Shown here in pieces: positions 29,948 to 39,644 of a stretch of 64,000 nucleotides of DNA. Location: assembly GCA_035559535.1 (NCBI GenBank), contig DATMBG010000039.1:1-64000 (forward strand), read 5' to 3'. The translations under genes and the position numbers were made by a program. The stretch's first letter is position 1; each line of letters starts with the position of its first letter. Source of the stretch: Candidatus Limnocylindrales bacterium (lineage in GTDB: Bacteria; Moduliflexota; Moduliflexia; Moduliflexales; JAUQPW01). A model generated the notes under the pieces. The model ran no database searches and had not been told where the DNA came from. It was given only the letters and a program-made list of their open reading frames with translations.

Positions 29948-31913
29948 AAATCTTGAATCGAATCTCTTGAAAGGTTTTTTCAAGGCTCTCTAACCGCTGG
30001 AGGGTGGTCTCATATTTTGTGAGGAGTATTTCAACCGGTCGGAGGATATGATCCTCTAAAGATTTGAGAATATCCTTCTGAACCTGTTCTCTAAGTTTAT
30101 CTTGCTCCCTTCGAATCAAATGGCGAATTCTCCGTTTTAGGACCAAAGCTTCTATAAAGTAGCTGAGCAGAGGAACTGAAATTAAAGAAAAAATCAGAGA
30201 TTGAATGTGGAGAAGGATCTCGTCTAAATGGATTTCATAAAGGGAGATTCGACTGATATAGGATAAAGCCGGAATCCCGACGGCAGCCAGGGTAGCCAGC
30301 AGAGGAAACAGGTGTTGTCGAGATCTCCATTTCTCCCATCCGGATAGTTGGGTATAGCTTTCTTTTAAGGAGGCTTTTAATTTTTCTTTTTCGGTCTCTA
30401 AAAGTTTTTTGATTTGATCCCGGTTAGGAGGATGGATAGGTGTACAGGTATAAGGGTGGGTGGACGTATGGGAAGTCGCTCCCATACGTCCATATTCCCC
30501 TGTTCCTACACTCCCGTATCCCCCTACTCCCCTACTCCCACTTTCTGAGAATACGCTCTCCCATTCTTTTTTAATATCCCGCAGAAGGGTATTCAGGCGA
30601 TGATAAATTGCACCTAAATCCATCAAGGCCTCCCATTTATCTAAATAAACAGAGACATCTTGAAAATCTTTTTCCTGACCCTGTCCGGAAAATGTAGCTG
30701 CAAATTCTTGTAAATAGCCTTTAAAGTCGGAGGTTATCTGGCGTAGGAGATAAAAAGGGGAAAATAACCGAAATTTAAAACTGATCATGAACCCCAGAGG
30801 ACCTCCCATGAGGAGATCGATGCGATTCATGAAAACATCCTCCAGGGTTCTCCTAAAATCTCGAGTAAATAATGGATCTACGACCCGATCCTCTACAATT
30901 TTAGGGATACTGGCCAGAGAACCCATCCCAGCCCGGTCAGGGGAACTTGTTTGGGGCCTGTCGGAGGGTTTTAGACTTGCCTCGGTTAATAAGTATCGAC
31001 ATTTCTGGATCATTTCCCATCCCTTTTCAAAATGAAGCAGGGTTTTTAAGTCGAGGAAAAGGGAATGAATATCCTCTAAAAACTTTATCTGACCCATCTG
31101 CTTCAAAGTGACCTGATCCCGAATCAACTTTTCGAGTTGACCGAATTCATTTTCGCTAAAATCCTTTGCTTCTCCTTGTTTACTCTGGAGAGCTCGCTTT
31201 GCAGAAATCCGGAATATCCGATTTCGGGGTAGGTTGGGATAGCCTTCTTCTTTCAAAACTTCCAGGAAATGATCCACAATCCTTTCTAAACTTTCTCGGG
31301 CCTGTTTGCGATTCGGTTTATTTTCCAGGAGCTCATCGATTCGATTAAAAACAAAAATAAAGCTCTTTTGATAATTGGCTAAAACCGATAAGTACTTTTC
31401 ATGGAGGACCTCATCGTTATACTTTTCATGATCCACCATCCAGATAACGATGTCGGCATGGGGAATCATTTCATTGACTTGTTGAGGATGTGAAGGTTCG
31501 TCGCTATCAATGTCCGGTAGATCTACCAGAACTACCTCTTCCAGGGAGAATTCTTTGTGGGAAGAGATCTCATCCCGGCCAGGATGAAAGAAGGGATACT
31601 TTAAAATCTGATCGATCCGTTTCTGATGGCAGAAAAAGACTTTATGATCCGTGAATCCTCGCTTCGCGGAACTTTTAGAAATAACTTTCCCGGCAAGGGC
31701 ATTGATTAAAGCAGATTTGCCAACCCCGGTCCCTCCAATGAGGGCTATAAATAAAGGCTCGTCCAGAGCGTTCAGCTTCTCTTGAATAGACCGGACCTTC
31801 TTTCGAAATAGTTCCAAAACGGCAGGATCCGGCCGGATAAAGTCCAGTTCATTTACGAACCTTTCTAGATCGTTGACCAGGTCCTTGAGATGGTCTTTGA
31901 GTTTACTTTGCAT
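29940..31913 (-). CDS. Dynamin-like/Era-type GTPase with C-terminal membrane hairpin
   Basis: GGTGVGKS (G1), DLPDIDS (G3 variant), NRID (G4), long helical stalk and two hydrophobic segments. Confidence 0.8.
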   Translation of the reverse strand: MQSKLKDHLKDLVNDLERFVNELDFIRPDPAVLELFRKKVRSIQEKLNALDEPLFIALIGGTGVGKSALINALAGKVISKSSAKRGFTDHKVFFCHQKRIDQILKYPFFHPGRDEISSHKEFSLEEVVLVDLPDIDSDEPSHPQQVNEMIPHADIVIWMVDHEKYNDEVLHEKYLSVLANYQKSFIFVFNRIDELLENKPNRKQARESLERIVDHFLEVLKEEGYPNLPRNRIFRISAKRALQSKQGEAKDFSENEFGQLEKLIRDQVTLKQMGQIKFLEDIHSLFLDLKTLLHFEKGWEMIQKCRYLLTEASLKPSDRPQTSSPDRAGMGSLASIPKIVEDRVVDPLFTRDFRRTLEDVFMNRIDLLMGGPLGFMISFKFRLFSPFYLLRQITSDFKGYLQEFAATFSGQGQEKDFQDVSVYLDKWEALMDLGAIYHRLNTLLRDIKKEWESVFSESGSRGVGGYGSVGTGEYGRMGATSHTSTHPYTCTPIHPPNRDQIKKLLETEKEKLKASLKESYTQLSGWEKWRSRQHLFPLLATLAAVGIPALSYISRISLYEIHLDEILLHIQSLIFSLISVPLLSYFIEALVLKRRIRHLIRREQDKLREQVQKDILKSLEDHILRPVEILLTKYETTLQRLESLEKTFQEIRFKIST

Positions 31914-31977
31914 CGAGAAGGCGGAAGGTGAGAGGTCCGGTAAGCCTTCCTTTCACCTCTTATCTGGTTCCTTTCGC

Positions 31978-33990
31978 CTAATCCTTTTCGGCCTCCAGCC
32001 GTTGTATAAAGGGTACGGCCTTTGTTTTAAGGAGGCTTACATGAGCTGCCAAACGATTGATGTTTTCTAAATCTTTTTGATACTCTTGGATAAACCTTAT
32101 ATAGCGTTCTTTTCGTTTGTTTACTACATTTTTGAAAATATCTAAGTATCTTTCCCCTCCGGCAACCATAAACCGTTCCAGTTCTTCTTTTCCCCAAAAT
32201 TTAGTAACCAGCCAATCCCATACCCAAGAAATTCCGGCTGCAGCGGCGGCTTCTTCACCGGTGATGGTTCCCCCCTTGGCTCCAATATAAATGAAGAGAA
32301 GTAAAATAAGTATTAAAATGACACTATCCATCAAATTGATCCACACAGAGCCAACTTCCCGAAGGGCTTGTATTTTGGAGTGCACCTCCCCTTCCAACCA
32401 CTTCTTAAATTGGGTGACTTCCTGGTTATACAAGGTATAGATTGAGTCCGAAGCGTGAGGGGGTTTGAGAGGATGGGAGTGTGGAAGTAGAGGGGGTGGG
32501 GAGGTGGGGAAAATAGTGTCTGTATTCCCAGACCTACAGACTCCTACATTTCCAGACTCCCCTGCTCCTTCCAGACTGGATCCAATACAGCTTTCTTTAA
32601 TCAATCGCTGTACATGGTCTTCCACATCTCCCAGGTGGCTCATCAGAATATTGAATTTCTTATCAAAATCCCCCTCGATAAAATGCTCGATGGCATCTCG
32701 ACTTCTTTGGAGGGTCTTTTCTTCCTTACCGAAGATGCTCTTAAACCATTCCCAAACCGTCTTAACTCCCTTTAAAAGAGCTACATTCAGGGATCCGATG
32801 AGACTCGCCAGGTTTTCTCGAATCAAATTGATAACCGCACGGTTATTAAGCCCTCCCACGAGTTTAATTTCATTGATCATTGCTTCGGTAGTAAGGCGAA
32901 AATCTTTTTCAATTTGACTTTCCAGGCTAAGAAGTTCCCGTTGCTGTTCCTGGAGGTGGGCAAGCAGGGCTTCTAACCGCTCAATCAGATGATCCAGGGA
33001 TCTGGAGACGAGTTGAAACTTAAACTTCCTTTTCTCTGCCGGATTCAGAAAAGTGTTAAAAAATTCGTAAAACTCATCTCTAACTTTTTGAGAAAGCTGT
33101 AGAGGATAATTCTCCGTTTGGGGTTGTTCCCGATCTATATAGAAAATCCTTTCTTCTAAAGGGGATCCCTGGATTCTTGAACGGGAGCCGGTAGGGTCCA
33201 TCTTTGGAATCCTTCCCTTTTCCCGTAAGTGTTCCTTGAAATCTTCTATAAGTCCCTCGGCTTTATGCTCGGGAGTAAGCTTATTAAGGACAAAGACGAC
33301 AGGTTTTCCCAGGCTTTGGAGGTACTGGACATCCTCCCAGAGGCGGTTATCGGCATACTTTTCTGTGCTGAATATAAACAGGATTAAGCTTGCGATATGG
33401 AACAGGTCATGGGCAACCTCCTTGTTTTGAGCCTCGGTGGTATCCACATCGGGGGTATCCAGTAGAGCAAAATCTTCTGGGTAGTCAGGCCGTTGGGAGG
33501 GATACAGGATAATTTTTCTAGGAAGAGATTTTTGTTTGTCCCTGGAAGACCTTGTGACCCGATTTTCAAATACTTGCAACATGACCTGTTGAGACACGAT
33601 CTTCTCGTACGGTTCCAGGAAATCTTTTCGATTAAAATAAGCCGTTTGGGAAGGATGGTGGTAGAGGACCGGGATCGAAGTAGTCGGTCTTAAAAGGCTG
33701 ACCAAACTTGCGATCTCGCCTGCAAGGGTGTTAAACAGCGTCGATTTCCCGCAACTCGAGCCTCCGGCAAAGGCGATGATAAAGGGCATGTTAAAGTTAC
33801 TTAAAATAGAGGTCACACCTTCCAGATCCCGAGAACGAATTTCCGATAACTCCTCCATTTTTTTTAAATAATCTGGATAACCGGGCAGAAAGTAAACCCT
33901 GGTGAGATCCTCGATGATTTGATGGAGAAGCTCAAGGATTCCCTGTCTCTGTTCTTCAAGTTCTATACTGGGTGATTTAAAAGTATTCAT
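31978..33990 (-). CDS. Dynamin-like/Era-type GTPase with C-terminal membrane hairpin
   Basis: GGSSCGKS (G1), RPTT (G2), DTPDVD (G3 variant), NKLT (G4), hydrophobic segment VILILILLLFIYIG. Confidence 0.8.
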   Translation of the reverse strand: MNTFKSPSIELEEQRQGILELLHQIIEDLTRVYFLPGYPDYLKKMEELSEIRSRDLEGVTSILSNFNMPFIIAFAGGSSCGKSTLFNTLAGEIASLVSLLRPTTSIPVLYHHPSQTAYFNRKDFLEPYEKIVSQQVMLQVFENRVTRSSRDKQKSLPRKIILYPSQRPDYPEDFALLDTPDVDTTEAQNKEVAHDLFHIASLILFIFSTEKYADNRLWEDVQYLQSLGKPVVFVLNKLTPEHKAEGLIEDFKEHLREKGRIPKMDPTGSRSRIQGSPLEERIFYIDREQPQTENYPLQLSQKVRDEFYEFFNTFLNPAEKRKFKFQLVSRSLDHLIERLEALLAHLQEQQRELLSLESQIEKDFRLTTEAMINEIKLVGGLNNRAVINLIRENLASLIGSLNVALLKGVKTVWEWFKSIFGKEEKTLQRSRDAIEHFIEGDFDKKFNILMSHLGDVEDHVQRLIKESCIGSSLEGAGESGNVGVCRSGNTDTIFPTSPPPLLPHSHPLKPPHASDSIYTLYNQEVTQFKKWLEGEVHSKIQALREVGSVWINLMDSVILILILLLFIYIGAKGGTITGEEAAAAAGISWVWDWLVTKFWGKEELERFMVAGGERYLDIFKNVVNKRKERYIRFIQEYQKDLENINRLAAHVSLLKTKAVPFIQRLEAEKD

Positions 33991-34389
33991 CAGGGATTGA
34001 GTAAGAAATTTATTTTCTTTTAAATAAAAAAGGCTGCTTAACCCGCCATCAGGCTTAAATGATTGTAATTATAATATAACACAGACATTTTCTATCGCCA
34101 TATTAAATTTAAAAACAGATCCTATCCCTTTGCAGAATGGGGCCTTCGTTTCCAGGCCTTCTCCAACATCCTGGACTTAAAGTAGTCCCCGGAGAGCTCC
34201 CATGGTGTAACCGGATCTGGGACCGGTCGTTCCGGTGGAACTTAACGGGTTTAACCCTTCCCCCGGGGTTTGATAACCTCGATTTAAAGTCCCTGAATCT
34301 TATCCCAACCCAGGAATCCTCGAGGGGTTAGGGAGCTATTTAAAATTTTAGTTGCAAGATCGGTAGTTTTTTACCGTTATGATAAAATC

Positions 34390-34419
34390 TTGACAGTTTG
34401 AGAGAAGCGGGTTTACACT
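34390..34419 (+). promoter_or_regulatory. Putative sigma-70 promoter of proS
   Basis: TTGACA-N18-TACACT. Confidence 0.55.
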
Positions 34420-34558
34420 CTTTCCTGAGATTAAAGGGGTTAGACACGGCCTGGAAAGTTCTATCTTTGAACTTGCTTAGGGACCCGAACAGGTTAGAGA
34501 TTTATTATAGAAGGTTGAAAATTTTCCATTTAATCTGTTTTAGATAGGAGGTTCTTTC

Positions 34559-36277
34559 ATGCGTTGGTCAAGGTATTTTTTACCTACTTTAAGGGAGGTG
34601 CCAGCAGAAGCCGAAGTCATCAGTCACCAATTGATGGTAAGGGCGGGAATGATTAGAAAATTAGCGGCGGGGGTCTATTCCTATCTTCCCTTTGGATTGA
34701 GGGCTTTAAAAAAAGTTAGGGAGATTATTCGGGAGGAAATGAACCGGAAGGGAGCGCTGGAGGTTTATCTTCCCGTAGTTCAGCCTGCAGAGATCTGGCA
34801 GGAATCGGGTCGATGGCAGCTTTATGGTAAAGAACTGTTACGGTTTAAAGACCGACATGATCGGGATTTTTGTCTGGGTCCCACCCATGAAGAAGTGATC
34901 ACCGATATTGTACGTAAAGAGGTTAAATCTTATCGCCAGCTTCCCCTTAACCTTTACCAGATCCAGACAAAGTTTCGAGACGAGGTTCGGCCCCGGTTTG
35001 GGCTTATGCGGGGTCGAGAGTTCGAGATGAAGGATGCTTACAGTTTTGATAAAGATGAAGAGGGGGCCAACAAGAGCTACCAGGATATGTACGATGCTTA
35101 TTGCAGGATTTTTGAGAGGTGTGATCTCAATTTCCGGGCTGTGGAAGCCGATACAGGTCCGATAGGAGGTTCCTATTCCCATGAGTTTATGGTGTTGGCC
35201 GATACCGGGGAAGATATTGTGGTGGGTTGTGATACCTGTAGCTATGCGGCGAATATGGAGAAAGCCGAAGTTCGACGGGAATCCAGGGAAACCCAAGGGG
35301 TTGAAATGAAGGAATTGGAAAAAATTTATACCCCCCAGGTTAAGACGATCCAGGATCTGACCACTTTTCTGTCTGCTAAACCGGATCAAATGGTTAAAAC
35401 TTTGATATTTCAAGTCGATGGGCGACCGGTAGCAGTTTTGGTTCGTGGAGATCATGAAATTAACCCGGTAAAACTTAAAAATCTTCTGGGAGCCGATGTG
35501 GTGGAAATGGCCGATGAGGAAACCGTTCGAAGAGTTAGCGGTGCTCCGATAGGATTTGCAGGTCCTGTAGGACTCAAGGGTATCGAAATTATAGCAGATT
35601 TTGCCGTTCAAGGAATGTCAAATTTCATTACCGGAGCCAATGAAGCGGATAGACATCTAAAGAACGTTAACCTGAATCGGGATTTTAAAGTAGATCGGTT
35701 TGCAGATATTCGTCAGGCGATGGAGGGGGATCTTTGTCCACGGTGCGAAACCGGAAGACTAAAAATTACCCGGGGTATAGAAGTCGGTCATGTATTCAAG
35801 TTGGGAACCAAGTATAGTAAAGCCATGGGAGCTACTTTCCTGGATGCCGATGGAAAGGAAAAATACATTATCATGGGTTGTTATGGAATCGGGGTTGGAA
35901 GAACTGTAGCGGCTGCCATCGAACAAAATCATGATGAAAACGGAATTATCTGGCCTTTCCCCATCGCACCTTTTCATGTCCTGATTTTACCCGTTAACAT
36001 GACAGACTCTCGTATGGTGGAAACAGCCGAAAAAATTTATCAAGAGCTTCTTGCAGAGGGGATCGAAGTACTTCTCGATGATCGGGATGAAAGGCCCGGG
36101 GCTAAGTTTAAAGATGCTGACCTTATTGGAATTCCTTTGAGGGTTACGGTGGGTAACCTGGTCGCATCGGAAGGAAAGGTTGAAATTAAATTCCGTAAAA
36201 CTGGAGAAGTTGAAAAAGTTCCTGTCACTGAAGTAACACAACGGATTAAAGCGATTCTTTCTGCTCAGCTAAAATAG
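34559..36277 (+). CDS. proS: Proline--tRNA ligase (bacterial type with INS editing domain)
   Basis: [47 protein letters not shown]. Confidence 0.98.
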   Translation: MRWSRYFLPTLREVPAEAEVISHQLMVRAGMIRKLAAGVYSYLPFGLRALKKVREIIREEMNRKGALEVYLPVVQPAEIWQESGRWQLYGKELLRFKDRHDRDFCLGPTHEEVITDIVRKEVKSYRQLPLNLYQIQTKFRDEVRPRFGLMRGREFEMKDAYSFDKDEEGANKSYQDMYDAYCRIFERCDLNFRAVEADTGPIGGSYSHEFMVLADTGEDIVVGCDTCSYAANMEKAEVRRESRETQGVEMKELEKIYTPQVKTIQDLTTFLSAKPDQMVKTLIFQVDGRPVAVLVRGDHEINPVKLKNLLGADVVEMADEETVRRVSGAPIGFAGPVGLKGIEIIADFAVQGMSNFITGANEADRHLKNVNLNRDFKVDRFADIRQAMEGDLCPRCETGRLKITRGIEVGHVFKLGTKYSKAMGATFLDADGKEKYIIMGCYGIGVGRTVAAAIEQNHDENGIIWPFPIAPFHVLILPVNMTDSRMVETAEKIYQELLAEGIEVLLDDRDERPGAKFKDADLIGIPLRVTVGNLVASEGKVEIKFRKTGEVEKVPVTEVTQRIKAILSAQLK

Positions 36278-36327
36278 CTGGCAACTAGTTTGCACTCAAC
36301 CTTACACAGGGATAGGAGGGTGAGCAT

Positions 36328-37164
36328 TTGGGTATGAGCTTGCTGAAACGAAGGGTTAAAATTGGCCTCGCACTGGGTGGGGGTGTTGCACGTTCTATTG
36401 CCCATGTAGGCATCTTTAAAGTTTTAGAAAGAGAGAAAATTCCCATTGATTGTATGGCCGGTTGTAGTGGCGGAAGTTTAGCGGGTGCTCTCTATGCCTC
36501 TGGGGTCAGTGTCGAAGATCTAGAACGTATAGCTTCCACCCTCACCTGGAAACACATCGCCAATCTGGCACTTCCCAATCGGGGTTTTATTTCTAATAAA
36601 AGGATGCTCCGATTTTTGGAAAAAAATTGTCCCAAGAGCCGATTTGAAGATTTACGTATTCCCTTCAGTGTAGTGGCTACGGATCTCATGACAGGAGAGG
36701 AAGTTATCTTTGATCGAGGTGAACTGTTTCCGGCCATCCAGGCAAGTTGTAGTATTCCGGCCATTTTTAGACCGGTTAAGATCCAGGGTCGTCATTACAT
36801 CGATGGGGGTTTTGTCAGCCAGATTCCGGTCCGGGCTGTTAGAAAAATGGGAGCCGATCTGGTAATTGCCTGCGATGTCAATTATAACGAGATCCGTAAT
36901 GGAGAACCTACCAATCTCGTAACCCTTATTTTTCACCTTCTTTCTACCGTATCCCGGAAAAATGCCCTGGAATCCAGACAACAGGCGGATATTGTAATTT
37001 CGGTTGACGTCCATGGTATCGGATTATCCGAGCTCCACCGGGGTAAGGAGATTATTGCCCGGGGAGAAGAGGCAACACTCCAAATTCTTCCTATCCTGAA
37101 ACAGGAAATCAGTAAACGAGAAAGTTTAGTTTCCCATACTTTAAGTAAATTATGTCATCTCTGA
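36328..37164 (+). CDS. Patatin-like phospholipase (RssA/NTE family)
   Basis: LALGGGVARSIAHVG, GCSGG nucleophile elbow, DGG. Confidence 0.9.
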   Translation: MGMSLLKRRVKIGLALGGGVARSIAHVGIFKVLEREKIPIDCMAGCSGGSLAGALYASGVSVEDLERIASTLTWKHIANLALPNRGFISNKRMLRFLEKNCPKSRFEDLRIPFSVVATDLMTGEEVIFDRGELFPAIQASCSIPAIFRPVKIQGRHYIDGGFVSQIPVRAVRKMGADLVIACDVNYNEIRNGEPTNLVTLIFHLLSTVSRKNALESRQQADIVISVDVHGIGLSELHRGKEIIARGEEATLQILPILKQEISKRESLVSHTLSKLCHL

Positions 37165-37181
37165 CAAACACCATAAATCCC

Positions 37182-37206
37182 TTAGACGGCGAAGAAAGCC
37201 GTCTAA
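37182..37206 (+). terminator. Hairpin downstream of the patatin gene
   Basis: TTAGACGGC-gaagaaa-GCCGTCTAA; the U-tract is weak. Confidence 0.5.
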
Positions 37207-37362
37207 ACCATGAAGATGTTTTTTCAGGTGACAAAATCGGTATCTGAAACCCTTTTTAGGGTATCAGTAAGTCAGGGGGAGTATTTATTCTTAGGGGATT
37301 TAAATTCTCCATGAGGGGGTTAACAAGAAGATTAACCCATTCATGGCGAACGGTATGGGTTT

Positions 37363-37590
37363 GTGTCGGCGAGATCGCTAATACTTGCTGGAATAACCGG
37401 TTTCCTCCTGGTCCTTGTGGCGTTCCTGTTTTGGCCAGTCTGTGTTCCGTTAAGTGAAGAAGATCTTACATCGTTCACCGTACCCATCGAGCAACGAACT
37501 GATAAAGATTTCTATCTCACAGTTTTTCAGAGGCGAACAGGTCGGTGGTATCAATGTAAAACCAGACTTTCAAGAAAAATGTTTTTTTGA
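37363..37590 (+). CDS. Small membrane-anchored hypothetical protein
   Basis: 75 aa with an N-terminal hydrophobic helix and two Cys (WPVC, WYQCK). Confidence 0.45.
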   Translation: MSARSLILAGITGFLLVLVAFLFWPVCVPLSEEDLTSFTVPIEQRTDKDFYLTVFQRRTGRWYQCKTRLSRKMFF

Positions 37591-37764
37591 AGGTATCCGG
37601 GGAGCACCTCACAGGCGCTTTGGAAGTGAACAGGCAAAAATAGCGTGTTATTCAAGCCTTCGTCAGGAAATAGCAGGCTCTGTGCGGTAGATTTTCAGAA
37701 GGTCGCCTTAATGAATTACCAGAGTAAATTCCCGGTAGGGACGAAACGGCTATTAACGAACGAA

Positions 37765-38310
37765 CTAACGATCCTCAAGGAGCTCAGGCTTTAATACACC
37801 AATAAAAGGAAGATTGCGATACCTCTGTTTATAATCCAATCCATAACCCACAACAAATTTATCCGGAATTTCAAAACCTTGATACGCAATAGGAAGTTTT
37901 ACGATTCTTCGAAATGGCTTATCTAAAAGGGTACAGATTTTTAAACTGGCCGGTTTTCTGGCCTCCAGATTGTTGAGGAGATACCTTAAAGTCAGACCGG
38001 TATCGATAATATCTTCAACGATAAGAATCTCGCGTCCGGTGATCGTTTCATCCAAATCTTTTAATATACGAACCACTCCGGAGGTTTTTTGAGAATCTCC
38101 ATAGCTGGAAATGGCCATGAAATCCAGGGAGATATGAATAGAGATGGCCCGGGCCAAATCAGCCAGAAAAAACACCGCGCCTTTTAAAATACTTATCAGG
38201 ATAGGTTCTTTATCCCGGTAATCCCGGGAAATGGCTTCGCCCAGTTCTTTAACACGACGTTGAATTTGATCTGTAGATACAAGAATTTCTTGAATATCGT
38301 TGGATAGCAT
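37765..38310 (-). CDS. hpt: Hypoxanthine phosphoribosyltransferase
   Basis: ILKGA..FLADL, SSYG, SGVVRILKDL, VEDIIDTGLTL, FVVGYGLDY..RNLP. Start set at ATG 38310. Confidence 0.96.
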   Translation of the reverse strand: MLSNDIQEILVSTDQIQRRVKELGEAISRDYRDKEPILISILKGAVFFLADLARAISIHISLDFMAISSYGDSQKTSGVVRILKDLDETITGREILIVEDIIDTGLTLRYLLNNLEARKPASLKICTLLDKPFRRIVKLPIAYQGFEIPDKFVVGYGLDYKQRYRNLPFIGVLKPELLEDR

Positions 38311-38354
38311 AAGAGAAATTTCCTCTAAAAAAGTTAAAAAATTTTTATTATATC

Positions 38355-38383
38355 TTGACAAATTAAACAAAAAATCCTAGTAT
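38355..38383 (+). promoter_or_regulatory. Consensus sigma-70 promoter with no downstream plus-strand ORF
   Basis: TTGACA-N17-TAGTAT. Confidence 0.7.
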
Positions 38384-38389
38384 ATGGGT

Positions 38390-38578
38390 AGAAGGCTCCG
38401 AGAGGTAGGAAGGTTGATCTAGCTGACCTAAAGAAGTGGCAACTTCGATGAAGTTACCGCAAATTGAAACCTGTAAAGGGAGTAAAGGTTGCGGTAATGG
38501 AGAAAAGCCCACAGGAGTTCTTCCTCTTCAGGAAGGCTAGGTAGACTGGAGGATCACTTGGGGCCTTCCTCTTTTTTT
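38390..38578 (+). ncRNA. Candidate ~185-nt rod-shaped non-coding RNA (6S RNA-like architecture)
   Basis: 5' GAAGGCTCCGAG pairs with 3' CTTGGGGCCTTC followed by T7; nested stems 38418-29/38534-45 and 38454-62/38489-97; consensus promoter immediately upstream. Confidence 0.55.
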
Positions 38579-39561
38579 ACCCCTCGACTCAATCCATATT
38601 TATAAAAGAGCTGTTGGTAGTCCTTTTCATAAAAAATCTTAATGTTGATATGGGGATATAACTCTCGAAGTTTCCTGATTTTTCGATTCTTTCGGGTAAC
38701 CAGTTGTTGCTTCATGGTGGTTAATTCAATATAAAGATCCAGATCGGGTAAATAAAAATCCGGAGTAAAGGCTGTAACCACGTTTCCTTGCTCATCCCAC
38801 GACAGAGGGAAGGTTTTGGGTTCATACTCCCATCGAATTTGATAAAAATCCAAAAGCCTTGCAAATTCCTCTTCACTGGGATTTGCAAAAACCGTTTTAC
38901 GATGGGAAGGTTTTTTTCCGGTTAGAAATTTAGCCAGATGTAATTTGCTGTTAAATCTTAATTTTTCCAATTCCTCCGAGGTTTCCTTCTTTTTAAATCT
39001 AATTTCCTTCAGCTCGGTAGCTTGAAGGATCAATTTAACTGCACTTTCCTGCGTCCAGCTATCTGTATTGAGGATTAAATCATAGAATTTGAAGTCCATC
39101 CAATCCTCTCCGTACAGGTATCGGATATATTCCCGACGGTGACGATCACTTTCTTCCAGTAGAGAAGCCGCCCTGGCTTCATCCACATTAAGTCTTTCAC
39201 AAAGCCGTTTTATTCGACTTTCCCAGGATGCCAGGATTTTGATATGAAGGGCACTGGAAAAGCCTTTGAAGAGAAAAGTTCCACCCCGACCCAGAACGAT
39301 GATGTCCCTTTCCAGGGCCATGTCTGCAATAATAGTTCGAACCAAATCTATATACAGTCTTCTCTGATCGTCAGCCTTCTGAATTCCTTCCGGAATTTTT
39401 TCATCGATCTCATCCAGATGGAGGCCGGGAACTTCGTAACTCCGGAATTGCTCGCGGAGAAACCCTTGATCAATCAAAGTAAAGCCTAACTCTTTGGCTA
39501 ACCGATTGGCAATATCTTCCCCACCACTGGCCAGTAATCGAGAAATAGTGATAATGGCCAT
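38554..39561 (-). CDS. Cytidylate-kinase-like domain fused to a C-terminal PD-(D/E)XK-like domain
   Basis: N-terminus IITISR..SGG..IA..LA, VLGRGG, SD..R..Y, YDLILNT; C-terminus SEEEFA..LD....WEYEP..F....FTPDFYLPD.DLYIELTT. Confidence 0.8.
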   Translation of the reverse strand: MAIITISRLLASGGEDIANRLAKELGFTLIDQGFLREQFRSYEVPGLHLDEIDEKIPEGIQKADDQRRLYIDLVRTIIADMALERDIIVLGRGGTFLFKGFSSALHIKILASWESRIKRLCERLNVDEARAASLLEESDRHRREYIRYLYGEDWMDFKFYDLILNTDSWTQESAVKLILQATELKEIRFKKKETSEELEKLRFNSKLHLAKFLTGKKPSHRKTVFANPSEEEFARLLDFYQIRWEYEPKTFPLSWDEQGNVVTAFTPDFYLPDLDLYIELTTMKQQLVTRKNRKIRKLRELYPHINIKIFYEKDYQQLFYKYGLSRGVKKEEGPK

Positions 39562-39644
39562 AAGGAAAAAGCAACCTCTATAGAGATGCGAGGCGACACC
39601 GATAGAAAGTAGCCTATATGATCGGGTATCTTCGCATCGTTAAC

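Noticed and set aside
34137-34331. Possible T-box riboswitch upstream of proS (AAGTAG..GGAGAGC..TGGTGTAA, GGTGGAAC)
   Set aside because: The T-box consensus is incomplete, there is no terminator/antiterminator with a U-tract, and a sigma-70 promoter lies between this segment and proS. The overlapping 64-aa ORF is also unsupported.
34838-35611. 257-aa antisense ORF and many other shadow ORFs in the track
   Set aside because: They lie opposite or out of frame within well-supported genes and have no recognisable motifs.
38311-38370. N-terminal extension of hpt
   Set aside because: AT-rich promoter DNA; an SD-like GAGGA precedes ATG 38310.
38391-38550. Lysine, purine or c-di-GMP riboswitch in the hpt leader
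   Set aside because: No conserved aptamer motifs recognised on either strand; the promoter and end-pairing favour a plus-strand RNA.
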